A stretch of DNA of 55,523 nucleotides, counting the filler, from Candidatus Woesearchaeota archaeon (GTDB taxonomy: Archaea; Nanobdellota; Nanobdellia; Woesearchaeales; JACPBO01): assembly GCA_016180285.1 (NCBI GenBank). It is 5 parts of 5 records of this genome, joined end to end, with 100 filler letters (N's around TTAATTAATTAA, not from the genome) between each part and the next. Parts side by side here need not be neighbours in the genome. Positions count along the whole stretch, not along the records: positions 1 to 11,201 come from JACPBO010000030.1; positions 11,302 to 25,712 come from JACPBO010000031.1; 3 more parts are not named here. One strand, written 5' to 3'. A model generated the notes under the pieces. The model saw only the letters and a program-made list of their open reading frames with translations. It was not told the DNA's origin and did not search any database. The position numbers were made by a program, and so were the translations under genes. Below, one piece after another: positions 9,167 to 18,374 of the stretch; position 1 is the first letter of the stretch; every line of letters starts with the position of its first letter.

Positions 9167-9997
9167 TTATCCAGTTTGGTTTAATGCATGATTTGCCCCT
9201 TTTTTAGGTTGATTTAAGCTGATAAAAACCTCTCTGAGAATATCGTCTGAAGAGTAACGTGTTTTATATAACTCCGGGAATTCATGCTCTGTGTATGTGT
9301 GCCTTAATGCCTTTTTGACATTCCCCCCAAAATACTGCTCCAACATCCAGCCCAGATTATATTCATAAAAATCCGCTCGTGTAAGGTTCTTTAGGGTACC
9401 TTCATTATGATGTAAGTTGAGTATATCATCAACAAGGTATTTTGTTAATATTCTCGGGACTCTTTCATTTTCTGGATGGAAGAATCTGTAAGGGTATCCC
9501 TTCATCTCTCCATTCTTTACCATCTCATAAACTTCAATAATCTCATTTCGTGTCGCAAGATTATAGGGTATGCTTATAAACTCATCAACTATAGACTTCC
9601 TGTTAGAGGAAGTAGCTTCACTGCAATATTCCAATAAAATATTTATTCTTTCTTTTATCTCATCAACATGGGCTACGAAATAATCTTTAAACTTATCACC
9701 ATCATAGTCTCTGAATTTTAATGAAAGTATCCTTCTCCCTTTTTCCCAATTTTTTCCAAGTACGCTGTATATAAAAGCGCATTGAATCATATTCAGGTGT
9801 TTACTAAAAAGGTCTTTTAACACGACTGCGTTCTTCTTCATCTGAGTTCTTTCTTCCATTCTGATTAAATAGTCAAGAGCGCTTATATTATATATTCCGC
9901 GAAAACTATTGTCGGATCTTAAAAAATATGTTTTCTGGTCTTCACTCTGAAAAAGATCGTCGTGGCTAAAAGTATCTCTTAAATCTTCTACCATCAT
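9167..9997 (-). CDS. Hypothetical protein with a DUF4046-like C-terminal domain
   Basis: IIEVYEMVKNGEMKGYPYRFF...LTKYLVDDIL...DFYEYNLGWMLEQYFGGNVKKAL resembles the DUF4046 pattern as recalled from memory. GAGGAG SD; ATGA overlap with the upstream gene. Confidence 0.6.
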   Translation of the reverse strand: MMVEDLRDTFSHDDLFQSEDQKTYFLRSDNSFRGIYNISALDYLIRMEERTQMKKNAVVLKDLFSKHLNMIQCAFIYSVLGKNWEKGRRILSLKFRDYDGDKFKDYFVAHVDEIKERINILLEYCSEATSSNRKSIVDEFISIPYNLATRNEIIEVYEMVKNGEMKGYPYRFFHPENERVPRILTKYLVDDILNLHHNEGTLKNLTRADFYEYNLGWMLEQYFGGNVKKALRHTYTEHEFPELYKTRYSSDDILREVFISLNQPKKGANHALNQTG

Positions 9998-10434
9998 AGT
10001 CTCCTCTTAATATCAATCGCATTTATTGACATTAGGTAATCAACTATTTTTCGGATGTTATTGTTATCTACCAAAAAATCTCCTTTTTTGCCTTGACGCT
10101 GTATTTCTGCTCCTGAATACTCTAAAACCTTAAAAATGGCGAGGTCATCGTTAACCCTTAAAACCAAGAACAGGTCTTTAAGCAAATAGAACTCATTTTT
10201 TCTTTCACTAAACTGGGGTTGAATAATCTCTTCATTAGCTGCTTCGTGCCATTGTCTACCGGCATATAACATACCAAGATTATTGAATAATCTGGCATAA
10301 AATTCATGAATCTCGTCTGTTTTATATGACCTTAAGTATAGGTTGAGATTTGGGTCAGAGAGTACGTATCTTAAATGCCTCTTTGCAATTTCCAAACACT
10401 TGGTTTCCAGCACAGATTTTCTCGTCTCAATCAT
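9994..10434 (-). CDS. Hypothetical protein, 146 aa
   Basis: ATGA overlaps at both ends; GGAGG SD. Confidence 0.8.
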   Translation of the reverse strand: MIETRKSVLETKCLEIAKRHLRYVLSDPNLNLYLRSYKTDEIHEFYARLFNNLGMLYAGRQWHEAANEEIIQPQFSERKNEFYLLKDLFLVLRVNDDLAIFKVLEYSGAEIQRQGKKGDFLVDNNNIRKIVDYLMSINAIDIKRRL

Positions 10435-11201
10435 AATAGTGCCTCCACTAAGCCCATTACCGGTTTTTCTCTTGCCTCAGTTTCTTCATATGTCTTCTGT
10501 TGGTCTCTTTGTATGGCCTGGTAACATTTATTTAATCCCCATTTGATATGCTGAAGTGCAAGTTTCAGATGCATGTCTAAGTTCCCTTCATTAATATTGT
10601 ACTTTTGCACAGCTTCTTTTAGCATTGTAATACCTGCTTTCTTTAATTTAGGGTTTCCACTTTCTTTCGGATATTGAGTGCTGATTGTATGATCTATAAA
10701 CTTATCAAATTTAGGCAGCATTGTTTCTAAAGATCCATGTATTACAGGCTCTCCTAATTCCGTGCTTAATGAAGTAAGTTCTTGGCTTAATTTTTTACTA
10801 TCAAGATCACCTTTCTTATTAAGAGAATAAACAAAATCTCTTAAATTTATAGGTATGAACTTTTGACCATAAATGCTTCTTAGGAACATGCCATATTCAA
10901 TGAACTTTTTGCAGTAATCTGTTTCTTGTGAAGCTTCAATACCGACTCTTCTTAGTTCTTTTTTATTTCCTAGGAGAATGTAGGCAAGTGCGATACAGTA
11001 CTTTTTGGCTCCTTTGGCCTCACAGTGAACACCAATTTGGCCATATTTAAGAAATATATCATCTATGAATTCATTTATTATATTAGGTATATCAAAACCA
11101 TGTTCTTGATAAATTTCAATACCTTTTTTCTTCCTATATGCTTCTCTCTCTCCCCTTTTCTTTTTCTGCTCAAAATCATTATCCTGATATATAGGACAAC
11201 C
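10431..11201 (-). CDS. Hypothetical protein, at least 256 aa, 5'-truncated by the contig end
   Basis: The frame of ORF 10431..10889 stays open to 11201 (GCPIYQDNDFEQKKKRGE...CKKFIEYGMFLRSIYG). Confidence 0.8.
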   Translation of the reverse strand, partial: GCPIYQDNDFEQKKKRGEREAYRKKKGIEIYQEHGFDIPNIINEFIDDIFLKYGQIGVHCEAKGAKKYCIALAYILLGNKKELRRVGIEASQETDYCKKFIEYGMFLRSIYGQKFIPINLRDFVYSLNKKGDLDSKKLSQELTSLSTELGEPVIHGSLETMLPKFDKFIDHTISTQYPKESGNPKLKKAGITMLKEAVQKYNINEGNLDMHLKLALQHIKWGLNKCYQAIQRDQQKTYEETEAREKPVMGLVEALL

Positions 11202-11301
11202 NNNNNNNNNNNNNNNNNNNNNNNNNNNNNNNNNNNNNNNNNNNNTTAATTAATTAANNNNNNNNNNNNNNNNNNNNNNNNNNNNNNNNNNNNNNNNNNN
11301 N
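11202..11301. other. Artificial contig linker
   Basis: 44 N + TTAATTAATTAA (stops in all six frames) + 44 N. Confidence 0.99.
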
Positions 11302-11302
11302 T

Positions 11303-11515
11303 ATTGAAGATCATGTATTAGTGATAGACAGGGAAGATACTCATATAATCTCTGAACTAATGTTTTACATCTACCAAAATAAAAGCCAAGTTGAATTTAT
11401 TACCGACAACTCGCGAGACTTCAATAATGATGATTCTGCGTGGCTTGAAAATCCAGAATTAAAACAGATAACTATAATTGCCGCTAATTCATTCTACTCT
11501 AAGATTTGTAAATAA
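11303..11515 (+). CDS. C-terminal fragment of a probable PIN-domain protein
   Basis: DREDTHII...FITDNSRDF matches PIN C-terminal acidic motifs; frame open to the contig start. Confidence 0.55.
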   Translation: MEDHVLVIDREDTHIISELMFYIYQNKSQVEFITDNSRDFNNDDSAWLENPELKQITIIAANSFYSKICK

Positions 11516-11528
11516 GATTAAAAAAATT

Positions 11529-11891
11529 TTATTTGAATATCGTCTGCGCTTTTCTGCTGTAGCTCAGCGGATCTTTCGCTTTAAGAATTTCAAGAATTGT
11601 TGTGAAAGGCAGCAGTTCCTTATTTATTTCTTCAAACAGCTTTCTGCCTCTTGCTGTCAATGAAAGGTTCTTGTTTTTGTAGCTGATGATCTTCTTCTTT
11701 TCCAGAGTTTCAAGATGCTTGTACAATGTCCTTTCATCCCTTTCTGTGATGTGGGCTTTCTTGATCAGGTCAATAAAAACAGCTTTGGAAATCGCAATCT
11801 CCAATGGCTGCTCTTTCAGCTTCTTATTCGCCTCAAGATACCAGCTGCCAAGAGAATACAAAATGAATTGCTGTTTTTTTGTTAGCGCCAT
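11529..11891 (-). CDS. Winged-helix DNA-binding protein
   Basis: ERTLYKHLETLEKKKIISY...LSLTARGR wHTH pattern. Confidence 0.75.
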   Translation of the reverse strand: MALTKKQQFILYSLGSWYLEANKKLKEQPLEIAISKAVFIDLIKKAHITERDERTLYKHLETLEKKKIISYKNKNLSLTARGRKLFEEINKELLPFTTILEILKAKDPLSYSRKAQTIFK

Positions 11892-11991
11892 AAACCCCCT
11901 TTATCACAATCAAGCATCATTTATATTTAAATTTATCTTTTCCTTATAAATAGCTTTAAATAAGCCAATGCATTCATTCTGAGTTAATGAG

Positions 11992-12729
11992 ATGAAAAAA
12001 GGTTTTTCGAAAGCAACAGATGATGTAATCAGGAAGTCAGACATAGTTCTGGAGATATTGGATGCAAGGTATGTTTCCGAAAGCAGAAACCTTAAGACTG
12101 AGAACAAGATAAAGTCATACGGAAAAAAGCTCATCTATGTTGCAAACAAATGCGACCTTGTTGATAAGGATGTCATTGAAAATCAAATGAAGGCGCTGAA
12201 GCCATCTGCCTTTGTTTCCGCTAAAAAGCATTACGGAATGACTATTTTAAAAAGATTAATAATCAGGGAAAGCAATAACATGGCTGACCCTAAAGTTGGC
12301 GTAATAGGCTATCCGAATGTCGGAAAAAGCTCAATCATCAATATGCTGAAAGGCGCAAAAGCAGCGATTACAGGCTCCATGCCAGGCATTACAAGGGGCC
12401 TGCAGCTTGTCCGCGCGGGAAAGATCATGCTTATCGACGCCCCGGGCGTAATCCCTTTCTCAGAGAAAGACCCGACAAAGCATGCGCTTATGGGAGCAAA
12501 ATCTTTTGTTAATTCTGAAGACCCGTCCCTTGTTGTAATGGATATCATGAAAGAAAGGCCTGGCCTGATTGAGTATGCTTACGGCGTTGCTGTTAGTGAT
12601 GACAAAGAAAAAACACTTGAAGAGATCGCACTGAAATCAAATTCAGTTATCAAAGGCAATAAGCCAGACATCAACAGAATTTCAAAAAGGATTCTGATGA
12701 GGATTATGAAAGCAGAGATAAGGATTTAA
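11992..12729 (+). CDS. Circularly permuted GTPase, RbgA/YlqF family
   Basis: LDAR, NKCD, GYPNVGKSS, T and DAPG in G4-G1-G2-G3 order. Confidence 0.93.
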   Translation: MKKGFSKATDDVIRKSDIVLEILDARYVSESRNLKTENKIKSYGKKLIYVANKCDLVDKDVIENQMKALKPSAFVSAKKHYGMTILKRLIIRESNNMADPKVGVIGYPNVGKSSIINMLKGAKAAITGSMPGITRGLQLVRAGKIMLIDAPGVIPFSEKDPTKHALMGAKSFVNSEDPSLVVMDIMKERPGLIEYAYGVAVSDDKEKTLEEIALKSNSVIKGNKPDINRISKRILMRIMKAEIRI

Positions 12730-12734
12730 AGTTT

Positions 12735-13202
12735 TTATTTTCTTCCATATTTTTCTCTAAGGGTTTGTTCCCAACCAAAGATTTTTAAAAGAAACTTTTC
12801 ATGTTCTTTAAACTTCTCAATCAACTTAGAATTTATTTTTATTATCTTAAATGAAGTAATATTCACAAGAACTATTTCATTCTTATTACTCGTCTTTTCA
12901 TCAAGTTCCCAATGAGCCACAGCATTTCTTACTTGCTGTATAAATCTTAAAGCTTCTTTTGTTTTTGCATATCTCTTCAATTTTTTGAAGTAAGGAATTT
13001 GTTCATATAATGAAATCTTTTTGTCAAAACTAAAGTAAGGTGTTTCTAGGATATGATAAAGAAAATCTGATGCTTGTTGATTAGTTTTAGGGAAAAAATA
13101 TGTTCTTAGATTCCAAGAAAGAGCAGACTCAATTACAACCGAATCTGAAAGAATAGTTCCTCTAATTTGACCTAATTTTTCATTAATCTCTTTGTTATAC
13201 AT
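12735..13202 (-). CDS. Probable HEPN-fold (MtlR-like) protein
   Basis: RNAVAH is an RxxxxH motif, preceded by SFDKKI and an IE helix. Confidence 0.6.
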   Translation of the reverse strand: MYNKEINEKLGQIRGTILSDSVVIESALSWNLRTYFFPKTNQQASDFLYHILETPYFSFDKKISLYEQIPYFKKLKRYAKTKEALRFIQQVRNAVAHWELDEKTSNKNEIVLVNITSFKIIKINSKLIEKFKEHEKFLLKIFGWEQTLREKYGRK

Positions 13203-13262
13203 AGTATAAGGAATAATGTCTTTATGTTTATAAATGTTTATGAGGAAAAGCTAAGTGGATAG

Positions 13263-13575
13263 ATAGTTCGGTTTCCTAAAAGAAAATCATTTAAGCTTTT
13301 TCTTGATATCCTTATTAAAAAAGTATATCGCTGCTGTAGCTATACCTCCGATAACTGCACCGACCCAACCTAATCCAGCACCAATAAGTGTCTCTGTAAG
13401 GCTTTTAGCTACTAGAGCAATCAATACAATAAGAACCATGCCTATAAGGATATACTTAGCAAGACCCACCATATTTTCTATTTCTTTTTCAAAAGCCATT
13501 TTTATACCCAGTATAATCAGATAGATACTGCTTCTTTATAAATTTATTTATAAAGGGAAATATAGTTCGGTTTCC
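13263..13575. repeat. 14-bp direct repeat ATAGTTCGGTTTCC at 13263-13276 and 13562-13575
   Basis: Exact match; the copies flank a small membrane-protein gene just downstream of tRNA-Gln. Confidence 0.75.
13287..13499 (-). CDS. Small two-TM membrane protein
   Basis: Two hydrophobic stretches, a Gly-rich second helix and a basic C-terminus. Confidence 0.75.
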   Translation of the reverse strand: MAFEKEIENMVGLAKYILIGMVLIVLIALVAKSLTETLIGAGLGWVGAVIGGIATAAIYFFNKDIKKKLK

Positions 13576-13603
13576 GAAAGATGTATATATCCCGAAAAAT
13601 TAG

Positions 13604-13676
13604 TAGCCCCGGGCGGATTCGAACCGCCGTCTCAGCCTCCAAAGGGCCGAATGATTGACCGCTACACTACGGGGCT
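13604..13676 (-). tRNA. tRNA-Gln(UUG)
   Basis: AGCCCCG acceptor with A1-U72, anticodon arm CGGCC-CT-TTG-GA-GGCTG, T-loop GGTTCGAATCC. Confidence 0.97.
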
Positions 13677-13764
13677 CTAAGCTGAAAGAAATCAATTTTG
13701 TTTAAAAATGTTGTTGTTTTGCAGAATGAAAAAGATTATAAATAACAGAATAATTCCCTCTTGA

Positions 13765-14037
13765 ATGGTCGGGGGAGGAACAAGTGAAATTGTGGATTTA
13801 GTAACAACAAGCAGAGAATTAGAAGATATAATGATAAATGAATTCCCCGGTAAAATAACCGAAGAACAGCATAAAGTAGATATAAGAAATCAGCTTTACC
13901 ATTTTTATTCACTTACCAAAAGAACACTATTAGATTTTTTAAAGCCATATAAGGGTAAATACGAGTACTGTGTTGAATATGGCGGCCATTTAATAGAAAT
14001 AAGCTTGGTCAGGGTCAGAAAGCATTTTTGTAATTAG
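13765..14037 (+). CDS. Hypothetical protein, 90 aa
   Basis: ATG ORF preceded by a TATA-like TTATAAA. Confidence 0.55.
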   Translation: MVGGGTSEIVDLVTTSRELEDIMINEFPGKITEEQHKVDIRNQLYHFYSLTKRTLLDFLKPYKGKYEYCVEYGGHLIEISLVRVRKHFCN

Positions 14038-14765
14038 AGCCAATATAATTTAATCATTTCTTCTTCCATAAAATGCATCTTAGAGGGAACAATCAGGCAT
14101 TGCAGCCCTTCCTTAAACTTGTAATTCATGAGCTCTTTCGCAGTTCCTGATTTTATTTCCTGATCCAGGCTGCCGAGCTTAACGCATCCTACACACAAAC
14201 TCTTTTCACTGAAAACCTTCTCATTCCTTCTCAGCTCGACTTTGAGCAGATATCGTATTGCATCATTAATTGTCATGAACTTATTCTCATCAGGCTTCAG
14301 GTCAAGCAGAAATAAAGTATGCGCATTTATTGACCTGTTCCCTTTCAGGACATCATAAGGCGATTCAACATTTTCATTGCCAAACGGAATGCTTGTTGTT
14401 TTCCCGAATTTATACAACTGCAATCCGGTAACTCCTATTGCTGCAATAGCTGATGCATTGTGAACAACATGGCATTTTATATTCTCTTTTTTTGCCCTCA
14501 AATACAAATCAATATGAGTTGTCGCTGCAAACGGATCTCCCACAACAAGAAATGCAGCAGTTTTAGTCTTTGCATTAGCTAATATATCATCCGGTGTTTT
14601 TTCAACCATTTCTCTGGTTGCAGGGGTTATTTTCTTGCCATAATACTTTTCCAAAATAGTGTAGCTCTCCAAGTAAACAAAATCTGCTTTCTTGATTATC
14701 TCCAGCCCTTTGACTGACACGTCTTTCTCGTCATTCAGCCCTAATCCGATAAAGTATAATGCCAT
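14034..14765 (-). CDS. dph5: Diphthine synthase
   Basis: LYFIGLGL, VVGDPFAATTH, GLQLYKFGKTTSI and HTLFLLDL motifs. Confidence 0.97.
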   Translation of the reverse strand: MALYFIGLGLNDEKDVSVKGLEIIKKADFVYLESYTILEKYYGKKITPATREMVEKTPDDILANAKTKTAAFLVVGDPFAATTHIDLYLRAKKENIKCHVVHNASAIAAIGVTGLQLYKFGKTTSIPFGNENVESPYDVLKGNRSINAHTLFLLDLKPDENKFMTINDAIRYLLKVELRRNEKVFSEKSLCVGCVKLGSLDQEIKSGTAKELMNYKFKEGLQCLIVPSKMHFMEEEMIKLYWL

Positions 14766-14845
14766 ATCGTTATTATTCTCAGCTATTTTTTAAACTTATT
14801 GGAAAAAATATATGCGTTGTAGTGTTTTTTTCATAACTTATTTTC

Positions 14846-15202
14846 CTATTTCTCATAATTCCTCTCAATCAACTTGTAAAGCCTCATGATCTTAGAATCG
14901 GTAAATTCTTTAACAAGAGCAGTTCCACTAAATATAGATATGCCGAACTTATGATGAGAAACTGCCTTTCTTACAGCAAAAAAGGAATTGGCATAATTAA
15001 TCCTGCGTTCATAAGAAATTTTGGTTTGCATGCCGGAACTTTTACATGTGTATGCTTTTACAGTCAATTCGTGATCAAGTACAACTGTGTTTGCCATATT
15101 AATGCTGCTCTGCGAACAATGCACGGTGGGAAGTTTTTCCCAATCAGTTGCCTCTTCTGCCAAAAGCAACACTTCATTCAAAGACAGTTCGTCAATCTTC
15201 AT
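14846..15202 (-). CDS. Hypothetical protein, 118 aa
   Basis: ATG ORF; no motif recognised. Confidence 0.55.
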   Translation of the reverse strand: MKIDELSLNEVLLLAEEATDWEKLPTVHCSQSSINMANTVVLDHELTVKAYTCKSSGMQTKISYERRINYANSFFAVRKAVSHHKFGISIFSGTALVKEFTDSKIMRLYKLIERNYEK

Positions 15203-15295
15203 GCTCCGTTGGTGTAAAACTTGAATTTATAAATATTCCTTTTATTTGCTTTAAAACCGCAATAAATAAAAACAGCACGGCAATATTCAATAGTT

Positions 15296-17374
15296 ATGTG
15301 CGGCATTATCGGAGTGTTCGGAAGGAAGAATGCAGAAGATCTTGTAAGTAAAGGCATGCTTGTTTTGAAGAACAGGGGCAAAGATGCAAAAGGCATTTAT
15401 GTTAAAGATAACGGCTGTGTCGGCCATCTTCTTCACTCCATTGTCGGATTTGTAAAGCAGCCTTTAATAGGCAAAGGAATTTTTGGCTCTAACTGCGAGA
15501 TTTATAACTGGAAAGAATTGAACAAAAAATACAGTTTAAACGCAAAAAATGACTCGGATCTTATTTTTAAGCTGCTGGAAAAAAGGGGTATTGAAAATAT
15601 AAAAGATATTCTTGAAGAGCTTGACGGCGTTTATGCCTTTTTTTATTGGGCAGGAAACAATGTTTTTCTTGCAAGGGATATAATTGGGGAAAAGCCGGTA
15701 TGGTTCTCAAATACAGGTGGATTTGCATTCGCATCTGAAAAGAAAGCGCTTGAAAGATTAGGCTATTTGGATATTGTTGAATTAAACCCTAGGCAGATAT
15801 TGAAATACAATATAAAAGAAAACAGCATTCAGCCCATAAACAGTGATTTTTTCAGGATAGAGCCGGAAATAAAAGACAAGATAGAAACAATAAAAAACAA
15901 TGTAAAAAGCCTTTTGATTGATGCAGTTGAAAAAAGAATCCCTGAAACAAAGTTCGGCTTATTATTTTCAGGCGGCCTTGATTCTGCAGTCATAGCCTGC
16001 ATTTTAAAAAAGCTCGGTAAAGAGTTCAATTGCTACACATCAGTATTGGAAGACAATGAGATGAAGCAGCCGCATGACTTAATTGCTGCAAAATATGCTG
16101 CAGATGCCCTTGGCTTAAAATTGAATGTTGTGAAAATAAAATTGGATGATGTTGAAAAATACCTGAAAAAAATAGTCCCGTTGATCGAGGATTCAAATGT
16201 TGTTAAAGTCGGCGTTGCATTGACTTTTTTTGAAGCGTGCAGACAGGCAGGAAAAGACGGCTGCAGGGTTGTTTTCTCTGGCTTGGGATCAGAAGAAATC
16301 TTTGCAGGCTATAAAAGGCATAAGGATTCAGCAAACATCAACAAGGAATGCCTGTCAGGTATTTTAAAGCTCTATGAAAGGGACCTTTACAGGGACGATG
16401 TGATAACAATGTCCAACAACCTTGAGCTTAGGCTGCCTTTTCTGGATAAAAAAGTAGTCAGCTATTGTTTAAAAATACCTGGAGAATACAAAATAAAAAA
16501 TAACCAGGAAAAATACGTTCTAAGGCTGGCTGCGAAGGATCTCGGATTGAAAAGAGAAATTTACGAAAGAAAAAAGAAAGCAGCCCAGTACGGCTCAAAT
16601 TTCCACAAGGCAATTGAAAAGCTCGCAAGAAGAAATAAATTCGGATTAAAATCAGATTATCTGAGGCAATTCTACCCGGGACATAACTTAAAGCTAGGCG
16701 CATTAGTGAGCTCTGGAAAGGACAGCATCTATGCCATGTATGTTATGCTTAAACAAAATTACAAAATTGGGTGTATAATAACAATAAAAAGCAAGAATCC
16801 TGATTCATTCATGTTCCACACGCCTTCTGTTGATTTAGTCAGGCTGCAGGCTGAGTCAATGGGAATTCCTTTGGTTGAATTTGGAACAAAAGGCGAAAAA
16901 GAAGAAGAATTAAAAGATTTAAAAAATGCATTAGATATTGCAAAAAAAGAGCACAAAATAGAAGGCGTTGTAACAGGCGCGCTTTATTCAGCTTATCAAA
17001 GAGATAGAATTGAAAAAATCTGCGATGATCTTGGATTAAAAATATTCTCTCCATTATGGCACATCAGCCAGGAAACAGAGCTGAGAGAAATACTGAATGC
17101 AGGATTTAAGTTCATATTGGCGTCTGTTGCTGCTGATGGCTTGGACAAAAGCTTCCTCGGCAGAATAGTTGACGATGAATTTGTAGATAAATTGAAAAAA
17201 ATAAGCGAAAAAAACAAGATGAACATTGCAGGAGAAGGCGGAGAATACGAGAGCTTTGTTGTTGACGGCCCGATTTTCAATAAAAAAATAGAGATCATTG
17301 ACTCTGAAATAAAAGAAGAAAGCAGGAATACTGCAAAGCTTATAATAAAGAAAGCTGAATTAGTTGGAAAATAA
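15296..17374 (+). CDS. Fusion of an asparagine synthetase B-like protein (GATase + synthetase) and diphthine-ammonia ligase (Dph6/DUF71)
   Basis: N-terminal MCGIIG, NCEIYN, LFSGGLDS, SGLGSEEIFAGY and ELRLPFLD; C-terminal SSGKDS, SFMFH, YQRDRIE, SPLW and GEGGEYES. Confidence 0.93.
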   Translation: MCGIIGVFGRKNAEDLVSKGMLVLKNRGKDAKGIYVKDNGCVGHLLHSIVGFVKQPLIGKGIFGSNCEIYNWKELNKKYSLNAKNDSDLIFKLLEKRGIENIKDILEELDGVYAFFYWAGNNVFLARDIIGEKPVWFSNTGGFAFASEKKALERLGYLDIVELNPRQILKYNIKENSIQPINSDFFRIEPEIKDKIETIKNNVKSLLIDAVEKRIPETKFGLLFSGGLDSAVIACILKKLGKEFNCYTSVLEDNEMKQPHDLIAAKYAADALGLKLNVVKIKLDDVEKYLKKIVPLIEDSNVVKVGVALTFFEACRQAGKDGCRVVFSGLGSEEIFAGYKRHKDSANINKECLSGILKLYERDLYRDDVITMSNNLELRLPFLDKKVVSYCLKIPGEYKIKNNQEKYVLRLAAKDLGLKREIYERKKKAAQYGSNFHKAIEKLARRNKFGLKSDYLRQFYPGHNLKLGALVSSGKDSIYAMYVMLKQNYKIGCIITIKSKNPDSFMFHTPSVDLVRLQAESMGIPLVEFGTKGEKEEELKDLKNALDIAKKEHKIEGVVTGALYSAYQRDRIEKICDDLGLKIFSPLWHISQETELREILNAGFKFILASVAADGLDKSFLGRIVDDEFVDKLKKISEKNKMNIAGEGGEYESFVVDGPIFNKKIEIIDSEIKEESRNTAKLIIKKAELVGK

Positions 17375-17376
17375 GC

Positions 17377-17625
17377 CTATTGTTCGTCTTTGTGGTACAA
17401 ATCCAAGAAAAGCACTTTATTTTCTTCTTTTATGTATAAATAAGACAGCCTAAAAGGATGCACATAAACCTCTCTAGTGCCTTTTCTGTCATATTGCATT
17501 GGTTTGCCCACTTCAGGATTCTCTCTGATTTTTGAAAATTGCTTTATTATCTTCTCTTTTAATGACCTATCCTTAATCTTAGAAAAAATCTCCTTAAAAT
17601 AAGGATGAAATGTAGCACTTACCAT
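17377..17625 (-). CDS. RelE/ParE-family toxin
   Basis: NPEVGKPM...REVYVHPFRLSY...LYHKDE. Confidence 0.85.
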   Translation of the reverse strand: MVSATFHPYFKEIFSKIKDRSLKEKIIKQFSKIRENPEVGKPMQYDRKGTREVYVHPFRLSYLYIKEENKVLFLDLYHKDEQ

Positions 17626-17885
17626 TTTTCTACTTCTTTTAAGAAATCGTCAAAGTCCATCTCTATAAATTCTCCCCTTTCATATCTCTTCCAAGCTTCT
17701 TCCGTTCTTCTGGCAAATTCCAGATCCTCTTCAAGATTTTTATCCAGATCGCTTGCTTTTTCCATAATAAACTGGTGGTTGTTTTTTATAATGACCATCT
17801 TTTCTCCTTCGTTAATGCCTTCCCTCATCTCAGCAGGTATTACGATCTGACCTTTCGAGCTCATTCTTGTTATGGCAATGTCCAT
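17619..17885 (-). CDS. AbrB/MazE-family antitoxin
   Basis: MSSKGQIVIPAEMR; overlaps the toxin gene. Confidence 0.88.
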   Translation of the reverse strand: MDIAITRMSSKGQIVIPAEMREGINEGEKMVIIKNNHQFIMEKASDLDKNLEEDLEFARRTEEAWKRYERGEFIEMDFDDFLKEVEKW

Positions 17886-17944
17886 TTATATCACCTAGTA
17901 AGATTAATCTTACATGATATATAAACTTTTCGGTTTTTATTTTA

Positions 17945-18361
17945 TTATTTCTTCAAAGGCAGATAATTGATATAAGGCTCGTAGTAGATTATAAAAGAAG
18001 AATAGTTTTTTATCAAATCTGAAAATTTATACCTCGATTCTCTCATAATGTCATGGAATTCTTCATTTGACTTGACCATAACCTCGAACTCAAGCTCTGC
18101 AATGCCTACTGCTTTAGTAATGTAAATGGTGCTGTTTAGCGATTTCAAGTAATATATTAGTTTTGAGATGTCCTCTTTCGATATGTTTGTCAAATTCAGG
18201 AAAACCTTATGATGCGTGTAGCCCAATTCCCTGTGGTTCAACTTTACATTAAATCCGAGGATTATTTTCTTTTTGAGCAGATTGTTTATTCTGTATTTTA
18301 TGACTTTTGGATGTATCTTTAGTTCTTCTCCAAGCTCTAATAAGGATTTTCTTGCCCCCTT
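17945..18361 (-). pseudogene. 5'-truncated Lrp/AsnC-family regulator
   Basis: Frame reads KGARKSLLELGEELKIHPKVIKYRINNLLKRKIILGF...; an in-frame TGA lies directly upstream and there is no start codon before the HTH. Confidence 0.75.
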
Positions 18362-18374
18362 TCAGGTAAATTGT

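Noticed and set aside
4420..11201. Calling the unknown operon a provirus or transposon
   Set aside because: No integrase, transposase, terminase, capsid or att repeat is visible in the part present; left as an open possibility only.
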